From NCBI GenBank assembly GCA_963833125.1, contig CAWHWX010000019.1, positions 168,164 to 232,163 of the forward strand: DNA of 64,000 bases. The letters run 5' to 3'. This document shows, in pieces, positions 29,049-38,171 of this stretch. The stretch comes from Candidatus Bathyarchaeota archaeon. GTDB taxonomy: Archaea > Thermoproteota > Bathyarchaeia > 40CM-2-53-6. Made by a program: the position numbers and the translations under genes. Positions within the stretch are counted from its first letter, which is position 1, and every line of letters starts with the position of its first letter. The notes under the pieces are model-generated. The model was not told the DNA's origin. It did not search any database and worked only from the letters and a program-made list of their open reading frames with translations.

Positions 29049-29972
29049 CTACTTTCCGGGCTTCTTTCTTGCTTCATTGAGCACGTATCGAACTGCGCTA
29101 TAGAGAGTGCTTTTCATCTCTTTCTCCGTTTGCTTTTCAACTCTGTAGCTTGTCGACACAAGATAGCCGCTAGGCGAGACTTCCAAGATTTCAAAACTAT
29201 CTTCCTCACCGTTGAAACCCTTCATCTTAGAAACATGCGAATTCAAATGCGCTCGCAAATTCTCAGGGTCAAAATGTATCGGTGCTTCGAATTGAATTGC
29301 GATCACACCCTGTCTTCCGTGTGTAAGATTCATGATCAATGATTGAGTTACAATGCTGTTAGGTACCTTCAGCAGAGCATTTGAGTCGGTTAGGATCATC
29401 GTGTATGCCAGGCTGATCCCCTTCACCACTCCCGTGTAGCTTGGTTCCATCCAACCATGGGCGATAGAAGGAGCGAACTTCCCGTATTGCCAGGTTATCA
29501 AGGCAATTCGATCGTTAATGTTGAAGGGCCGGGCAGCGAGAAGCATTAACCCTGAGATAAGATTCCCTAGTACCTCCTGTGCAGCGAGTCCTACCACTAT
29601 GCCAAAGAATCCTATTCCCACTAATGCGCTAACAAAACTGCCTCCCGTAGGGCCTGAGAGAAAGATGACTGCTACAATAATTATTCCGAGCCCTAACAGC
29701 TGAAAAAGCATCTTGACCGTATTTCTCTGGGTAGGTCCCGCTCGCGACGCAATGGGGGGAGCAATTATTCTAAGGAGTGTTATCGTTATCGCGGTACCAG
29801 TTACTACTACCACCCCGATATCGATGAAGTGAATGAATCTATCCGGAAACGAGATTGAAAGTAGCCAGTAGCGGATCACGCTCCATGCCAAGAAGATGGC
29901 AACAACCGTAGCAATCAGAACTAGAAGCCTCTCAGATAACGTGCCGCCGAATCTGGTAGCCATCACTAGCAC
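29049..29972 (-). CDS. MscS small-conductance mechanosensitive channel
   Basis: TM helices followed by VGLAAQEVLGNLISGLMLLAARPFNINDRI and VPNS. Confidence 0.9.
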   Translation of the reverse strand: MLVMATRFGGTLSERLLVLIATVVAIFLAWSVIRYWLLSISFPDRFIHFIDIGVVVVTGTAITITLLRIIAPPIASRAGPTQRNTVKMLFQLLGLGIIIVAVIFLSGPTGGSFVSALVGIGFFGIVVGLAAQEVLGNLISGLMLLAARPFNINDRIALITWQYGKFAPSIAHGWMEPSYTGVVKGISLAYTMILTDSNALLKVPNSIVTQSLIMNLTHGRQGVIAIQFEAPIHFDPENLRAHLNSHVSKMKGFNGEEDSFEILEVSPSGYLVSTSYRVEKQTEKEMKSTLYSAVRYVLNEARKKPGK

Positions 29973-30253
29973 TCACTTACACGAACGCGAGGTACGGTTT
30001 GGTCGATCTCAAAGAAGGCTGCCCAAGACATTAGGGAGTGTGAGGGTCGCAAATCTTAACCGTCTGCCTGGAGTAACCCAGCCTGCGAGGTCAATATGTG
30101 TGATTCTACCATTTCCACGATACGACTACTTTGCACTTTCCGGCGGCCGAATCAACCGTGTGAATAGACACGCTCACGGTATCCAGGACTAGGGTCTGGT
30201 GGAAAAAGTAGAAGTTCGGCTAATATCTGGCCCGTGATAAGTGTTCCCAGCAT

Positions 30254-32443
30254 GTGACGATTCAATTGGTCAAACTCCAAAATTCACAATTGTCGAGCGT
30301 AACTCTAACGCTCTTGCTCCTGTTCACGGTCTTTTCCGTGAGTACGACGAGAGTTAATGCAAGTTCGTTGGTTGCTGATCAGCAGTGTTCGTCAGTTGGG
30401 GTATCATATCTTGACGGAGTCGGTACGCATGAACCTGCAGGTCAAACATTCACTCCAACTCAGTCCTCAGTAGTGGGGGTCTCCGTTTACGTTTATTCGG
30501 TAAGTAGTGCCCCTACCCCCATGACTGCAAACATTCGGCTCGGAGGGATTGGGGGAGCCGTATTGGCTGCTTTCACGTTTTCCATTCCGGGCGGATTTGG
30601 TGCGCCTACCGGTGATTGGTACCAGGTTCAGTTCCCAAGTGGAGTCCATCTAACTCCCGGTTCGACCTATGCAATTGATCTGATAGATCAGTCAGGTTCT
30701 TCCGCTATCAAGTGGAGTGCCTGTTCGACAACTTACAGCGGAGGTTGTGGTTACGCGAACGGTACTTGTCAGACTAACTCTTGGGCTTTCATAGAATACT
30801 CAGGCGATTTCTCGGTCGCACTAACGTCTTCAAGTCTAGTTCTGGTTCAAGGTTCATCTGGAAGCGTAGGATTGATCGTCACCTCTCTGAGCAACTTCGC
30901 ATCCCCAGTCACCATGTCTATCTCTGCCATCAACGGGGTAGGTGGTTCATTCACCGACAACCCGATCACTCCCACCCCAGGCGGAACTGCAACATCTACC
31001 CTCGACATCTTCGTGCCGGGTAATATTCCGGTTGGAAATTATACAATCACAGTAACTGGAACAAGTGGTTCCCTGTCTCATTCAACCACGCTTGCGCTGA
31101 CCGTAGTCGCGACAGGCGTTTCGGACTTCGCCGCCACCTCAGGACCAACAGTAGTCTTACCGGCAGGAGCAACCGGGACTGCAACGATATACATCACGGC
31201 TTTTGACGGATTCGATTCTCAAGTAGGCCTAGCCGCATCTTGGGTAAACGCCGCGCCTGCTGACGTGACCTTCAACCTCCCCAGCCCAATAACCCCGACC
31301 GTAGGGGGTACGGCAACGTCCACTCTTACCATCGTCGCAGGCCCTACCGCTCCCCCGGGCACTTACACTCTCAGAGTTACAGCAGCCAGTGGCTCCTTAA
31401 CGCATACCGTGGACGTGACTCTCATTATCGCACCTGTGACAACAATAACTACGACCAGCACCACCGGAACCCCCGACTTTTCAATTGACTCATCCTCATC
31501 AACCGTGTCAATCGTTCAAGGATTGAGCGGATCAACAACCATCATAGTAACTTCGTTGGGTGGATTCAGTTCACCAGTTACATTTTCAGCTTCTTGGGTT
31601 GGTAGTTCCCCTGCAGGTGTAGGATTCACGCTGCCCGCACCAATAACCCCACCACCAGGCGGGGCCGGTAGCTCACCAATGGGCATCACAACCACTTCAA
31701 CCGCGTCGACCGGAACCTACGATCTACGAATTGCGGGCACAAGCGGCACACTTGAACACAGCACAGACATAACCGTCCAAATATCCGCCTCCGGTCCACG
31801 TTGCATCATCGCAACCGCCACCTACGGTTCCGAACTCGCTCCGCAAGTCCAAATACTCCGCAACTACCGTGACGGCGCGATCTTGAAGACAAAAGCGGGG
31901 TCAGCTTTCATGATCGCCTTCAACGCCTGGTACTATTCATTCAGTCCACAGGTAGCGAATCACATAGCGAACAATCCGGCAGAATCAAATCTCATGAGGT
32001 CAGTACTTTACCCGTTGATTGGGATATTATCACTTTCATACGGTATGTTCAGCCTCACCCGTTCCCAACCCGAGTTTGGACTTCTAATTTCAGGAATGCT
32101 CGCAAGTGGATTGATTGGAGCGGTCTACTTCGGTCTACCCCTTGCCCTACTCAGACTATCATCGCGACCACTGAGAAACCGAGCCTCGAAAAGGTCCGTC
32201 GTAAGATCTCTTGGAGTAATTCTGTCAGGTGCCATTGGAATCCTTGCCATCGGTGAGCTACTAAATTCAATAATCCTGTTGACCGTCGCTTCCGTCGCCA
32301 TTGTGCTGTCCACAGTTTCCCTGTCCGCCGCGCTGACCTCCATTCGTATCATCTCGTGCGTCAACGCGCTAAACGGAATCACGCACCGATTTCGGACAAA
32401 GTTAGCCTATTCAACACCGCTTCCCCAAACCGAGCGGAATTGA
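30254..32443 (+). CDS. Secreted Ser/Thr-rich surface protein with three tandem Ig-like repeats and CFI-box-CTERM tail
   Basis: Signal peptide; three ~100-aa repeats (DF...TS..F.S.V...PITP..GG...STL...G.Y...V...SG.L.H); CIIATATYGSELAPQVQILRNYRD followed by TM helices. Confidence 0.85.
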   Translation: MTIQLVKLQNSQLSSVTLTLLLLFTVFSVSTTRVNASSLVADQQCSSVGVSYLDGVGTHEPAGQTFTPTQSSVVGVSVYVYSVSSAPTPMTANIRLGGIGGAVLAAFTFSIPGGFGAPTGDWYQVQFPSGVHLTPGSTYAIDLIDQSGSSAIKWSACSTTYSGGCGYANGTCQTNSWAFIEYSGDFSVALTSSSLVLVQGSSGSVGLIVTSLSNFASPVTMSISAINGVGGSFTDNPITPTPGGTATSTLDIFVPGNIPVGNYTITVTGTSGSLSHSTTLALTVVATGVSDFAATSGPTVVLPAGATGTATIYITAFDGFDSQVGLAASWVNAAPADVTFNLPSPITPTVGGTATSTLTIVAGPTAPPGTYTLRVTAASGSLTHTVDVTLIIAPVTTITTTSTTGTPDFSIDSSSSTVSIVQGLSGSTTIIVTSLGGFSSPVTFSASWVGSSPAGVGFTLPAPITPPPGGAGSSPMGITTTSTASTGTYDLRIAGTSGTLEHSTDITVQISASGPRCIIATATYGSELAPQVQILRNYRDGAILKTKAGSAFMIAFNAWYYSFSPQVANHIANNPAESNLMRSVLYPLIGILSLSYGMFSLTRSQPEFGLLISGMLASGLIGAVYFGLPLALLRLSSRPLRNRASKRSVVRSLGVILSGAIGILAIGELLNSIILLTVASVAIVLSTVSLSAALTSIRIISCVNALNGITHRFRTKLAYSTPLPQTERN

Positions 32444-32789
32444 CGTTTTTCATGAAAATCTCTCTAGTTAAGGCAACAGGGATTGATACATTATCGTTAG
32501 ACGCTATCAACAGGTTTTTCCGGTGCACCCCGGTTCAACCTTAACGACGCAGATTTGTTACCATCGCCACCCTTACGCAACTGTCCGAAGTGTCGTGCAT
32601 GCGGCGGTTGCACTCAGAGAACAAACAACCGATGGTTTTGTTTGTTTTGTAAGATCTACGTCTAAAACTGCGCGACTTTCACCGGGGCCAGTTCTTTCGG
32701 TAAGGAATTGCATATCTGAAGTGGAAAATGTGTTTTTGGCGAATCAGATTTTAAAGTAATGGCGCCCATACACCCTCTCGGTTAGCATA

Positions 32790-33230
32790 TTGAGTAAGTC
32801 TAGTTTAAAGACGGGTTTTATCGATATCTCGGCTGCGCTCTTCGTGATTGGTGGCGTAGTGAGTTTAGTCGTCAGTTTGGTGGCTATCCCAATTTACAGC
32901 CTCTATCCGTTCCAGATGCAATTCTTCAGCTTCGTCTTCGCAGTTGTCCTCATCGTGGGGGTGATTTGCTCACTGGGCGCGATTCACTGCTTCACGTTGA
33001 CGACCAAGAGGTTGTTGCATGAAGCCGGAATGAGGGGAATTATTTTCGGTGCCATCCTGCTAGCTTTCAGTGTAGGCTTGGGTGGAACAAACCGGGATCT
33101 GAACACTGGGCTCGGGACGGCAAGCTCGATTCTCATTCTAATTGCGGGAGCGATTTCCTACGTGCTTCGGGATTCGGTACTCCCTCGAGCGCCAATCTCT
33201 ATGCGCGAGCAAATAGCTTCCCAACAATAA
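32790..33230 (+). CDS. Hypothetical 4-TM membrane protein
   Basis: Four hydrophobic segments; TTTTAAA promoter-like element upstream. Confidence 0.7.
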   Translation: MSKSSLKTGFIDISAALFVIGGVVSLVVSLVAIPIYSLYPFQMQFFSFVFAVVLIVGVICSLGAIHCFTLTTKRLLHEAGMRGIIFGAILLAFSVGLGGTNRDLNTGLGTASSILILIAGAISYVLRDSVLPRAPISMREQIASQQ

Positions 33231-33304
33231 CGCCGCCGTGTCCGCGAAGGCGACACCGCCTCGCTTATTCGAGAGCGCTGCGTAGCATCTTTCTTTGATG
33301 CATA

Positions 33305-33697
33305 ATGCGAACGCACCGACTGTCCACTGAAGATCAGTGGTTAATCGATCAGGCTTCAAAGCTCGCTAAGAAAAGAAAGTCCGAACGAACCTCAGTCGCA
33401 GCCGTACTCAGGACCAAGGATGGGAGAGTCTTTCAAGGCGTGAACATCGAAGTGAGCGGCTCCGCGCCAAGTTCCTTCTGCGCCGAATACGCAGCAGTTG
33501 GCACCATGGTCTCCGAAGGCGCATCGGAAATTGTGACGATAGTTGCCGTCAATGGGAAGAAGAACATTGTGTTGCCCCCTTGTGGAAATTGCAGGCAACT
33601 ACTGCGTGAATTTGGCAACCCCTACATAATTCTCACCATTCGGGGAAGGCACGTCAAGGTAAGACTGGCTGAGCTCTATCCTGCCCAAGTTACGTAG
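33305..33697 (+). CDS. cdd: Cytidine deaminase family protein
   Basis: GVNIE, CAE, PCGNCRQ zinc motifs. Confidence 0.85.
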   Translation: MRTHRLSTEDQWLIDQASKLAKKRKSERTSVAAVLRTKDGRVFQGVNIEVSGSAPSSFCAEYAAVGTMVSEGASEIVTIVAVNGKKNIVLPPCGNCRQLLREFGNPYIILTIRGRHVKVRLAELYPAQVT

Positions 33698-33799
33698 CTG
33701 ACTAGGGCAAGAGATTCCGACCAAATCGAATACGTGGTGTCGTCGATCACCAATCCCGGCATTGTCTAAACTTAAGGTAAACGGGTGCTTACGCCTGGT

Positions 33800-34585
33800 T
33801 TACAGTAGTTTGTAAATGGGTGAGTTGAGGCACGTAACTCCACCGTCACCCTTCCAGAACTCGGACATGTCGACTTCGATGGGTCTGTACCCTGCCTCTT
33901 TCAACCTCGCATTTGCTGTCGCGTAACCTGAGGGGATGAGCACTTTCCTATCTCCCAAGTACAAAGCATCTGCTGCGTATGCTTCTTCTTTGTGTATAGA
34001 GATGAACTTGAAACCTGGAAATGATTTCGTATCCACTAGTTCGGGTGCTATGATTATCGTCTTGTTGTTCAGGTAAGCGCAGCCGCACAAAAGATGCATT
34101 AACTGGGTCTTTACCGCCTTGACGTTCAAGTCTTTCAATACCTGCGCAAGTTGTTGGATTCCATGGGTGTTCGTGCGTTTGGATTCCCCGACAAACACTT
34201 CGTTCTCAGTGATTACAATATCGCCTCCCTCCAATTGACCGGGCTCAACGATCCAACTTAGCTTCCCTACCTTGCCCGACTCCCTTAGTTCATCGATCAA
34301 TACCTTCTCTTCCCCTCGACGACGCGCTTCGCCAAATCTTCCGATCACTGATGCTCGTGATCCTAGGAGTGCTGGATCTTGCATGAAGACGGAGTCCGGA
34401 AAATTCTCGAGAGGCGGCAAAGCAATGACCCCTATACCGGACTCTTTCAAGATTGAGCAGTACTGTCGATGTTGTGCTTTGGCGAGAGTTACGTCGATCT
34501 CGCCCCTATGCGGATTCGCCGAGACGCATTCACCGTAGCTGTTGGGTGGCGGTCTCACAAACACGGAGTCGAACAATCTATCCAA
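33800..34585 (-). CDS. Dimethylarginine dimethylaminohydrolase / amidinotransferase family
   Basis: FPDSVF.QD, RRGEE, LEGGD, MHL, EF.K.DGGVTCL catalytic Asp/His/Cys motifs. Confidence 0.88.
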   Translation of the reverse strand: MDRLFDSVFVRPPPNSYGECVSANPHRGEIDVTLAKAQHRQYCSILKESGIGVIALPPLENFPDSVFMQDPALLGSRASVIGRFGEARRRGEEKVLIDELRESGKVGKLSWIVEPGQLEGGDIVITENEVFVGESKRTNTHGIQQLAQVLKDLNVKAVKTQLMHLLCGCAYLNNKTIIIAPELVDTKSFPGFKFISIHKEEAYAADALYLGDRKVLIPSGYATANARLKEAGYRPIEVDMSEFWKGDGGVTCLNSPIYKLL

Positions 34586-34743
34586 TTTGTCGATCTCGTT
34601 CTCGCTCCTTTGAAGTTGGAATTAACTTTGCTGTACCCCGGTTCGTTGCTACTAACGTCCCCGAGGTGGTCACAGGTGACCACTTTTCCGTGAGATATGA
34701 AAAGGCAGGTTTAATCCACGTAAATCCGCTGAAAGATAAGGTA

Positions 34744-35040
34744 CTATCCACCAGCAACGGCTGCTATGACGAGGAAAGGCTCGTCGCCATTTTGGACGGC
34801 ATTCGGTAGCGGTGTGTCGGGCGGTTCGTTGGACAGATCCTTTTGGCAGGCGTAGAACCGCAAGAAATCTCTGCGTTTTTGGGTGACGTAGTCGCGGATC
34901 GTCCCACGTAGCATAGGATAGTTGGCCTCGAGCGCGTCTAGTACCGTGCGTTGTGTAGCTTGACCATGAACCTCGACTTTTGCCTCGCCCTCGATATGTG
35001 CCAGATTCCGGAGGTGTGAGGGGAGGATAACTCGGATCAT
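34744..35040 (-). CDS. MoaD/ThiS ubiquitin-like protein
   Basis: [10 protein letters not shown]..., beta-grasp pattern, C-terminal AVAGG; ATG overlaps the stop of the upstream gene. Confidence 0.9.
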   Translation of the reverse strand: MIRVILPSHLRNLAHIEGEAKVEVHGQATQRTVLDALEANYPMLRGTIRDYVTQKRRDFLRFYACQKDLSNEPPDTPLPNAVQNGDEPFLVIAAVAGG

Positions 35041-36224
35041 GGGAGTGTTTGTGCCTCGACGGAGACTACGGGTGGGAGATCTCGCACGATCGGATTCCAA
35101 CTATCTCCGTCATCTACCGAGGCGTACACTTGGCCGCCGGTAGTCCCAAAATATATTCCGCATGGGTCTAGAGGGTCAACAGTCATTGCATCCCGTAATA
35201 CGTCTACGTAGCAGTCGCGTTGTGGCAGGCCTTTTGTGAGCGCTTCCCATTCGTTTCCGCCCTTCCGGCTGCGGTAGACTCGGAGTTTTCCGTCGGGTGG
35301 GTAATGTTCCGCGTCGCTCTTGATTGGAATAACGTAAATCGTTTCAGGTTCGTGAGCATGAACCGCAATTGGGAATCCGAAGTCCGTGGGTAGGTTCCCG
35401 CTCACTTCCTGCCAAGATTCGCCGCCATCATTACTCCGCATGACATCCCAATGTTTCTGCATGAATAGTACGCTCGGCCGCGATGGGTGCATGGCGATTT
35501 TATGAACGCAGTGGCCCACCTCTGCATCCGGCTTCGGAATATACTTCGAGTATAAGCCGCGGTTGATGGGTTTCCATGAAACTCCCGCGTCGTCGCTTCG
35601 AAACGCTCCCGCGGCAGAAATTGCGGCGTAGATTCTTTTCGGATTTGTAGGGTCGAGGAGGATTGTATGGAGACACATGCCGCCGGCACCCGGCGCCCAT
35701 TGCGCACCCGAGGGGTGACCGCGCAGGCCGGCAAGCTCATTCCAAGACTTTCCACCGTCGGTCGTGCGGAAGAGCGCAGCATCTTCAACTCCTGCGTAGA
35801 CCGTATCCGGATCAGTTAGGGACGGTTCGAGATGCCAGACGCGTTTGAACTCCCATGGATGCTGCGTGCCATCGTACCACTGATGGGTCGTGAGCGGTTT
35901 CCCGGTCGCGGGGGATGTATCGTAAACGAATTTGTTGCTTTCTGCGAGGGGCATCCCGGCCGGGTTCGTCGTCGGTTCGCCCGGTTTCAATCCAGGCTGG
36001 TACCACGATTTGCCGCCATCATCGGATCGCTGAATGATCTGGCCGAAGAAACCGCTGCTCTGGGATACGTAGATGCGGTTCGGATCCGCGGCCGAGCCGT
36101 TCAAATGGTAGATCTCCCAACCGCCAAAATGGGGTCCCTTAACATCCCAGCGTTCACGTTTGCCGTCTGAAGTGAGGATGAACGCACCTTTTCGCGTACC
36201 GACGAGAACACTAACGCCGCTCAA
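35037..36224 (-). CDS. BNR/Asp-box beta-propeller protein (exo-alpha-sialidase-like annotation class)
   Basis: VLVGTRKG start; repeated S/T-x-D-x-G-x-S-W Asp boxes ([44 protein letters not shown]); no signal peptide. Start placed at TTG 36224. Confidence 0.9.
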   Translation of the reverse strand: MSGVSVLVGTRKGAFILTSDGKRERWDVKGPHFGGWEIYHLNGSAADPNRIYVSQSSGFFGQIIQRSDDGGKSWYQPGLKPGEPTTNPAGMPLAESNKFVYDTSPATGKPLTTHQWYDGTQHPWEFKRVWHLEPSLTDPDTVYAGVEDAALFRTTDGGKSWNELAGLRGHPSGAQWAPGAGGMCLHTILLDPTNPKRIYAAISAAGAFRSDDAGVSWKPINRGLYSKYIPKPDAEVGHCVHKIAMHPSRPSVLFMQKHWDVMRSNDGGESWQEVSGNLPTDFGFPIAVHAHEPETIYVIPIKSDAEHYPPDGKLRVYRSRKGGNEWEALTKGLPQRDCYVDVLRDAMTVDPLDPCGIYFGTTGGQVYASVDDGDSWNPIVRDLPPVVSVEAQTLP

Positions 36225-36330
36225 CCCATTCGCACTTCCAGCCTCTGACAATTGGGAGCTCGTAGGCGCACTAATAAACTCAAAGCCGTCACCTGCACGG
36301 AAATACATTGATCTGCTCCCTGACTAATGC

Positions 36331-36356
36331 GAATGTAGTACTGGAGTACTACATTC
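36331..36356. promoter_or_regulatory. Perfect 12-2-12 inverted repeat (operator candidate)
   Basis: GAATGTAGTACT-GG-AGTACTACATTC, about 105 bp upstream of the BNR gene start. Confidence 0.55.
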
Positions 36357-36642
36357 ACGTTTTTGGCCTAACCTGACATAGGGGTTAGTCGCCGGCCACC
36401 AACCCCCATGTCGTTGAGCATCAGAGGCGGTCAGGTGGGCTAGGAGTTGTCGAGGGACAGAGACGAGGTCGATTTTGTAGTGGTCTCTGACGCGTAGGAG
36501 TTCGTATCTGGTTCTTTCCACGCTTGATTCGTCGTTTCCCTTCAGCTGCAACTTATCGGTGAACTCGTCGACCCAGGAACGTTGAACAGAGATGCCCACG
36601 GCTACACGACCCGCCCCATAGTCCACGCTTCAGGTATGAAGC

Positions 36643-36714
36643 ACTGTCCGCTCAGATACCCCAGGTTCACGTCATTTGAGCATCATATTTGTGACTGTCT
36701 TCATAGCGAACAGC
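36643..36714 (-). ncRNA. Box C/D 2'-O-methylation guide sRNA candidate
   Basis: Minus strand: GCTGTTCGC-T-ATGAAGA (C) CAGTCACAAAT ATGA (D') TGCTCAA ATGACGT (C') GAACCTGGGGTAT CTGA (D) GCGGACAGT; 9-bp terminal stem; 53 nt from C to D. Confidence 0.7.
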
Positions 36715-36774
36715 AAGCCAGGTTAGATGGTTGAATCCAATGAGCATTACGGCGCAAGCTCTGAAACTGGTGGT

Positions 36775-37644
36775 CTAGCGTTTCGCTTTTCTTATGGCGT
36801 AACCTGCGATGCTATCGGCCGCGTTTATGCCCGTAGCCTCAAGCAATCCATGAAACCCTGGGGAAGCGTTTACTTCGATAACGTAGGGTTCGTTCTCAAC
36901 GGAGATCAAGTCCACCCCAGCAATTTCTACGCCGACCGCTTCTGCGGCCTTAGTAGCCGCCTCCGCCTCCTCTCTCGTTGGTTTGTGTGCGATTCCGTGT
37001 CCGCCAATGTGGATGTTACTTCTCCACTCGTTAGGCGCTGCCTTGCGTTTCATAGCAGCAACCACCTGCCCATCCACGAGGAAGACGCGAATGTCTTCTC
37101 CAGGGTTCGGGAGGAATTTCTGGAGACAGATCATTTGGTCTAGTTCAGATAGCGTATCGATTATCGGCCCCGCCTCCTTCACGTCACGGACTCGCATGAC
37201 CCCGATCCCTTGGGTTCCACTGAGTAGTTTCATTACGAGTGGAGGGGAGAGGTAGTCGGTAGGTTCCTGGGTCTTGATTCTCGACGCGATAAGAATGCTT
37301 TCGGGGATCCTGACTTTTGCAGCGTACAGGGCTTGAAGAGTGAGGTACTTGTTCCTAGCTGTGGTTAGGCCCTCGATCGAGAGAGTCGATGGGATGTGCA
37401 TTAACTCGAAGTGTTTGAGAAGCATGACTCCCAGTTGTGTTAAGCTGCGGCCGATGCGCGGTATGACTGCGCTTAAGGTGGAAAGCGACTTCTTTTCGTA
37501 AATTGCATCGGCTTTCTTCCCTAACATGAGATGTATTTCTGGCGTCTTGATGTATGCTGGTGCTACTCTCTTCTTATTGAGAGCGTTGATGATTTCGGTT
37601 GTTGCCCAGAACTCACGGTTCTTCGAAAGGACTCCAATCTGCAT
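36775..37644 (-). CDS. RimK-family ATP-grasp alpha-L-glutamate ligase
   Basis: VIPRIG, ARNKY.TLQ.L, GTQGIGV, EDIRVF, WRSNIHIGG, GVDL, EVNASPGF. Confidence 0.9.
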   Translation of the reverse strand: MQIGVLSKNREFWATTEIINALNKKRVAPAYIKTPEIHLMLGKKADAIYEKKSLSTLSAVIPRIGRSLTQLGVMLLKHFELMHIPSTLSIEGLTTARNKYLTLQALYAAKVRIPESILIASRIKTQEPTDYLSPPLVMKLLSGTQGIGVMRVRDVKEAGPIIDTLSELDQMICLQKFLPNPGEDIRVFLVDGQVVAAMKRKAAPNEWRSNIHIGGHGIAHKPTREEAEAATKAAEAVGVEIAGVDLISVENEPYVIEVNASPGFHGLLEATGINAADSIAGYAIRKAKR

Positions 37645-37703
37645 AGAAAAAGCCTTGACTGCTGGCAGCTTAATACTTGGTTCTCATAAACGGTGTGGCA
37701 GTG

Positions 37704-38114
37704 ATGGCGGTGAAAAGGAAAGAGCCGATTGTAATCGGCCCGATAGAGTACGTGAAGGTCATAGGCCATCACGGTGAAGCCCGCGTCAAAAGCAAGGTGG
37801 ACACGGGCGCCAGCAGGACCTCTGTGGATGTGTGGCTTGCAGCGAACATAGGGCTCGGCCCGACCGTGGACGTAGCGAAAGTGAAATCCGCCTTCTTGGA
37901 CGAAGTTCGAACTCGACCTTTAGTCCGAGGTATCGTAGAGATCGCGGGGGTAAGATTCGCTTTACCCGTAACTGTCAATGATCGTTCAGACATGCGGTAC
38001 CCAGTCCTCATCGGGATGGATATTCTCAAGTCAGGAAGGTTCTTGATAGACCCTACAAAAAGAACGCCGAAGTATGCCGCCAAGAAGCTGAAAGCAAGTC
38101 CACGCGCAACTTGA
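37704..38114 (+). CDS. RimK-associated putative protease (retropepsin-like DTG motif)
   Basis: KVDTGASRTSVD, RP.V, DRSDMRYPVLIG.D.L...FLIDP. Confidence 0.85.
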   Translation: MAVKRKEPIVIGPIEYVKVIGHHGEARVKSKVDTGASRTSVDVWLAANIGLGPTVDVAKVKSAFLDEVRTRPLVRGIVEIAGVRFALPVTVNDRSDMRYPVLIGMDILKSGRFLIDPTKRTPKYAAKKLKASPRAT

Positions 38115-38171
38115 GGCCTCCACTGAAGCATTTTTCAATAACCACGGTCCATCTCGAATCGGTAACGTGCA

